From Eledone cirrhosa (taxonomy: Eukaryota), in the NCBI GenBank assembly GCA_964016885.1, contig OZ024755.1, positions 37,200,001-37,264,000 of the forward strand: a stretch of DNA of 64,000 nucleotides, given 5' to 3'. Of this stretch, positions 59,557-64,000 are shown in pieces. Under the pieces are notes generated by a model, which worked only from the letters and a program-made list of their open reading frames with translations, had not been told where the DNA came from and made no database searches. Within the stretch, counting starts at the first letter, position 1; every line of letters starts with the position of its first letter. A program made the translations under genes and the position numbers.

Positions 59557-59890
59557 TGGAGGCGTATGGTTGAGTGGTTAGGGAGTTGGATCCACATCTT
59601 GAGGCTGTGAGTTCAGTTTCTGGACCGGGTGATGCGTTATGTCCTTGAGCAAGACACTTTATTTCACGTTGCTCCTTCTACCTGGAGTTGCGACCGATAG
59701 ATAGTACTAGCAGCTGGAAAGACCGACGAAAATATTGTTTCCTCGGTCCGATTTGACGAAAGTCGATCGATAAAAAAAATATATATATATATATATATGT
59801 GTGTGTATTTCTATGTTGAAACCGATAGATTGTGTTAGCAATTAAAAGACCAACGGAAACATTGCTTCCTCGGTCCGAGTTGACGAAAAG
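59557..59890 (+). mobile_element. SINE family B (59557-59765) plus 3' fragment (59820-59890)
   Basis: Match to 3790-3975. Confidence 0.78.
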
Positions 59891-60131
59891 TCGATCAACT
59901 GTCTCTCTCTCTCGATCTATATATATATACGTGCTTGTCGTTTTTCCCTCTTCGGTATGTTTTTTTTTCCGTTTTTTCCCCTTTTTTTCTTTATCTTTTC
60001 TCTCTCTCCTTTTTTCCCCAATAACTTCCTTGAACTACTCCTATGGCTTTGGAGATAGACCCCCCATAACCACATATATTCTGAAACTACCTTGCCCAGG
60101 GTACTTGGATAAGCATATTTCATTTTGATCA

Positions 60132-60395
60132 AAGGGTTCCCCGGGGGCACAAACCCCCGCTGAAAATGTTTTCCCGTCGGTTTATATGAAATTTAAACCT
60201 TAGGTAAATGACAAGATGTGATGTCCATTCACAAAATGTCAGTAAATTTCAATAATATTAAGACACCCTAATGAGGGTTAAACCTCCTATTAGGGTTCCC
60301 CGGGGGCACAAACCCCCGCTGAAAATGTTTTCCCTTCGATTTATATGGGATTTTAACCATAGGTAAATGACAAGATATGATGCCTATTCACAAAA
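60132..60395 (+). repeat. Direct duplication of ~104 bp (60132-60236 / 60292-60395)
   Basis: AGGGTTCCCCGGGGGCACAAACCCCCGCTGAAAATGTTTTCCC repeated. Confidence 0.85.
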
Positions 60396-61197
60396 GTTTT
60401 GAATTGATATTTTGAAAAAAATTATTTACAAGAAACAAAATAAGAATAAGATTTAATAATGTAATTATAGGCATAACCTACTCACACCACGAGTTGATCT
60501 TTTTATATGACTGTATAGTTTGAGTACTCTTGACTTGACAATTGATGTAATTGGTCTAAGTTTGGTAATGTTGAGCAGCTCACTGATACAGATATGGTCG
60601 TTGAGCCGCTTACCAGTCATAAGTCTCGTGATGTGGTTCTGGAATGTAGAGAGCTTCTGAAGTGACCTTGTCGTCCAATTAACTCAATCAAGACCATATA
60701 ACACAACAGTCAAGTTACTAATTTCTGAATTGAAATCTCTCGAGGGTCATCATTGTATGAAGTACATATAACAGTATAAGATGATAGAAACAGTGTTGTT
60801 TTGGAAGGAATGCTTCCTGGTCTCTAGTTACCTTTCTCAGTCAATTTTTCTTTATTCTGTCATTGGTTTTAAGCAGCCTTTGTTGCCTTCGCTTGCCATA
60901 TTTCTTTTCCTCTGTCAGCGAAGCTCGTTATACTAGCTCCTAGTATTCCCTGTTTGCTTGACAAATATCTCAACAACATTCAACATTTTGCATTTTTCTT
61001 TTGCTATTTTGTTTCATTATGTTGTTATTGTTTTGTTCTGTGCATTCACCATTGATTTTCTTGAATGGATGTGTAAACGTTTCCTAACCTGCCGCTATTT
61101 TTATCATTGTCTTGTTTACAGAATTCCTTCCATAAATCATGCATTTGTGTTCCTTTTTACATCTCTTTTGCCAAGCTAACGTAGTTCCCATATAAGG

Positions 61198-61274
<77 letters not shown>

Positions 61275-61356
61275 TGTATATATATATATATATCTCACTC
61301 TCTATATATATTCTTATATTAGAGGAGGGTCATATTGTTATAATATTGCGAGAAAT

Positions 61357-61698
61357 AATAATTGTTTCTACTTTAGGCACAAGGCCAGCAATTACCCAGT
61401 ACATTACTGGTACTTTATTTTATCGACCCCGTAAGGATGAAAGGTAAAGTCAACCTTTGTTATAATATTGCTAGAAATAATAATGATTTCTAGTATAGGC
61501 ACAAGGCCAGTAATTTGGTGGGGAGGGGAAAGTCGATTAAATCGACCCCAGTACATTACTGGTACTTTATTTTATCGACCCCGCAAGGATGAAAAGCAAA
61601 GTTAACCTCAGAGGGATTTGAACTCAGACCGTAAAGGGACGTAACTATGCTGCAACGTATGGTGTCCGACTCTCTACCCATACTGCCAATCCAACGCC
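61357..61698 (-). mobile_element. SINE A partial (61357-61457) and full (61480-61698) copies
   Basis: Consensus match. Upstream TTGTTATAATATTGC is also duplicated. Confidence 0.85.
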
Positions 61699-61730
61699 CT
61701 ATTGCCAGAAATAATAAGAAAACACACTCA

Positions 61731-61783
<53 letters not shown>

Positions 61784-61816
61784 CATACATATATATATAC
61801 ATACATATATATATTT

Positions 61817-61847
<31 letters not shown>

Positions 61848-61863
61848 AATATATATATGTATG

Positions 61864-61896
<33 letters not shown>

Positions 61897-61933
61897 ATAT
61901 ATAAAAATATATATATATATAAATATATATATG

Positions 61934-62017
<84 letters not shown>

Positions 62018-62059
62018 AATATATATATGTATGTATATATATATGTATGTATGTATGTA

Positions 62060-62098
<39 letters not shown>

Positions 62099-62105
62099 CT
62101 ATCTA

Positions 62106-62160
<55 letters not shown>

Positions 62161-62173
62161 ATATATATGTATG

Positions 62174-62290
<117 letters not shown>

Positions 62291-62663
62291 GTATGTATGT
62301 ATATATGTAAATTTCTCTTTCACACACACACACACACACACAGGCTCTATAAATATCTCTATATATGACAGTTTACATCTCCTTATAGAATTCTGTCTTG
62401 GTTTCCTTTTTAATCAAGCCCTCCATAATTAATAGTCCGGCAGGAGAAGGAGGTACAGAACATTTACTGAATCTTAACCATTCATCAAACATAAGTTAAA
62501 CCATTTTATGTGTTGTTTTATTCACTTTCATAATCTGTAATTTAAGCCACCTTATATTTTTCATTTAATTTATACTTTCACTGGCTGAGGTACCCGGCTT
62601 CACCCGGGAAAACAGAGAAAACGACTGTATTGGATGTATTGTCTGTAATTGGTGTGTGACTGT

Positions 62664-62759
<96 letters not shown>

Positions 62760-63564
62760 CATAAAAAGCAATCATAAAACTTCCTTATTAGGCTGGGGGA
62801 GTAAACTGCCGATTAAATGGTAGCATTGGCCTTGGATTTTAAATGTGAAATAACCCTACTCAGTATGATTTTTTTCAGCTCCAAACGACGCCATTTGAGA
62901 CTCAGCAAAATACTGCATAACATTGCTTCTGAAGTGTTGCTTCGTTATTACGGACTGTAAGTAGTATATGGATAAAACCTGGAGGGTAGATTAATTTCAA
63001 ATAGTATCAATTTTTCTTTTTTCTGTAAAATCAAAGACTAAAACTACTTTATAAAAGCTAACGTAATATTGTTAAACCTTCCTATAGATCTATAGCAAAG
63101 ATGAACCATGTGCTTTAACGACATATTGCATTTGTAAAGTGATTTTTAACGTATGGTTGTTAATCATACGCACTTAAATATATTTATAAATCTAGCAAAA
63201 AAATCATTGTCGCAGAACTGTAGTCGCAGAGTCCAAAGCCTCGATGAATACACTGATACAGAAATTAAGGAAAATACTTCATTGCATTCACTGTATTTCT
63301 TTATTTAATCAATTTAAACGCTAGTATAGAGCTAGTAAGCCATAACAGACAAGGGGAAGTAACTCGTACATCTTACAGTTGAGAAACAAAGATATAGAGA
63401 GATAAGTGAATATAAAAATATATATTTTTTCAAAGTTAAACAGAATCAAAAATGTAAATATGGAATGACGGTTTAACCCTAAGTAACCGCAGGTATCTGG
63501 CAAAAACTTAACTTAATTACAATATTCGAGAAGAGAAAAGTGCGAAAGTGTTTCTATGGCATAA

Positions 63565-63720
63565 CTGTTTCGGAAAAGGCTAAATGTATGATTAACATTG
63601 TCGTGTAACACGCATCCACAATCTGAGTGAGTTTCTTGGTCAGTGTCCAAGTCTCAAACCCGTACAGTAGCACAGACTCCACTGTAGCAACAAAGAGACG
63701 GATCTTCAGGTCTTTTCGAA
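63565..63720 (-). pseudogene. RTE LINE RT fragment
   Basis: RKDLKIRLFVATVESVLLYGFETWTLTKKL..DACYTTML. Confidence 0.7.
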
Positions 63721-63738
63721 TATATATATATATATATA

Positions 63739-64000
63739 TAGGAAAAGGTATGACCCCGACGGCAGAGCTCAAGCCGTTTCAACGGCTATTTCTGGACTCG
63801 GTCCAGAAATAGCCGTCGAAACGGCTTGAGCGCTGCCGTCGGGGTCATACCTTTTCCTATTACCCACTCTACTGCCCTAAGTATTGAGTACTCTGGTGCG
63901 TTATGGCCCATCTGGTTCCCTACCACAATTCCTTCGTTATATATATATATATATATATAACGAAGGAAATGTGGTAAAGAACCAGGTGGACCATAACGCA
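63739..64000 (+). mobile_element. Fold-back element family copy (63739-63940) and start of an oppositely oriented copy (63958-64000)
   Basis: ~58-bp arms centred ~63798, same 3' tail as 58748 copy. Confidence 0.8.

Noticed and set aside
62578-62615. Helitron-like 3' end on minus strand (CCCGGgtgaagCCGGG..CCAG|T)
   Set aside because: Terminus is CCAG not CTAG, single copy, no 5' end identified

Overview
AT-rich, microsatellite-laden eukaryotic DNA. The SINE families and (TA)n load look cephalopod/Octopus-like, which is an inference. The window is almost entirely mobile elements: two tRNA-derived SINE families, decayed RTE, CR1-group and L1/Tx1 LINEs, non-autonomous Helitrons, at least three Penelope-like (PLE) RT/GIY-YIG fragments, minisatellites and one possible host terminal exon (572-679). 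The standout is RNA-level. A 7.7-kb ORF-less array (18391-26052) has 13 near-identical ~553-bp units plus an inverted partial copy, each carrying a type I hammerhead ribozyme (HHR) with a palindromic stem III, i.e. a retrozyme/PLE pseudo-LTR array predicted to self-process into ~553-nt monomers or circles. A second, unrelated 593-bp tandem+inverted unit (28619-30058) carries an HHR with a compensatory U3-A8 core pair. About ten further minimal HHR or HHR-like motifs of unrelated sequence lie in short islands between (TA)n tracts. All pairings were read by eye, with no folding or database search.
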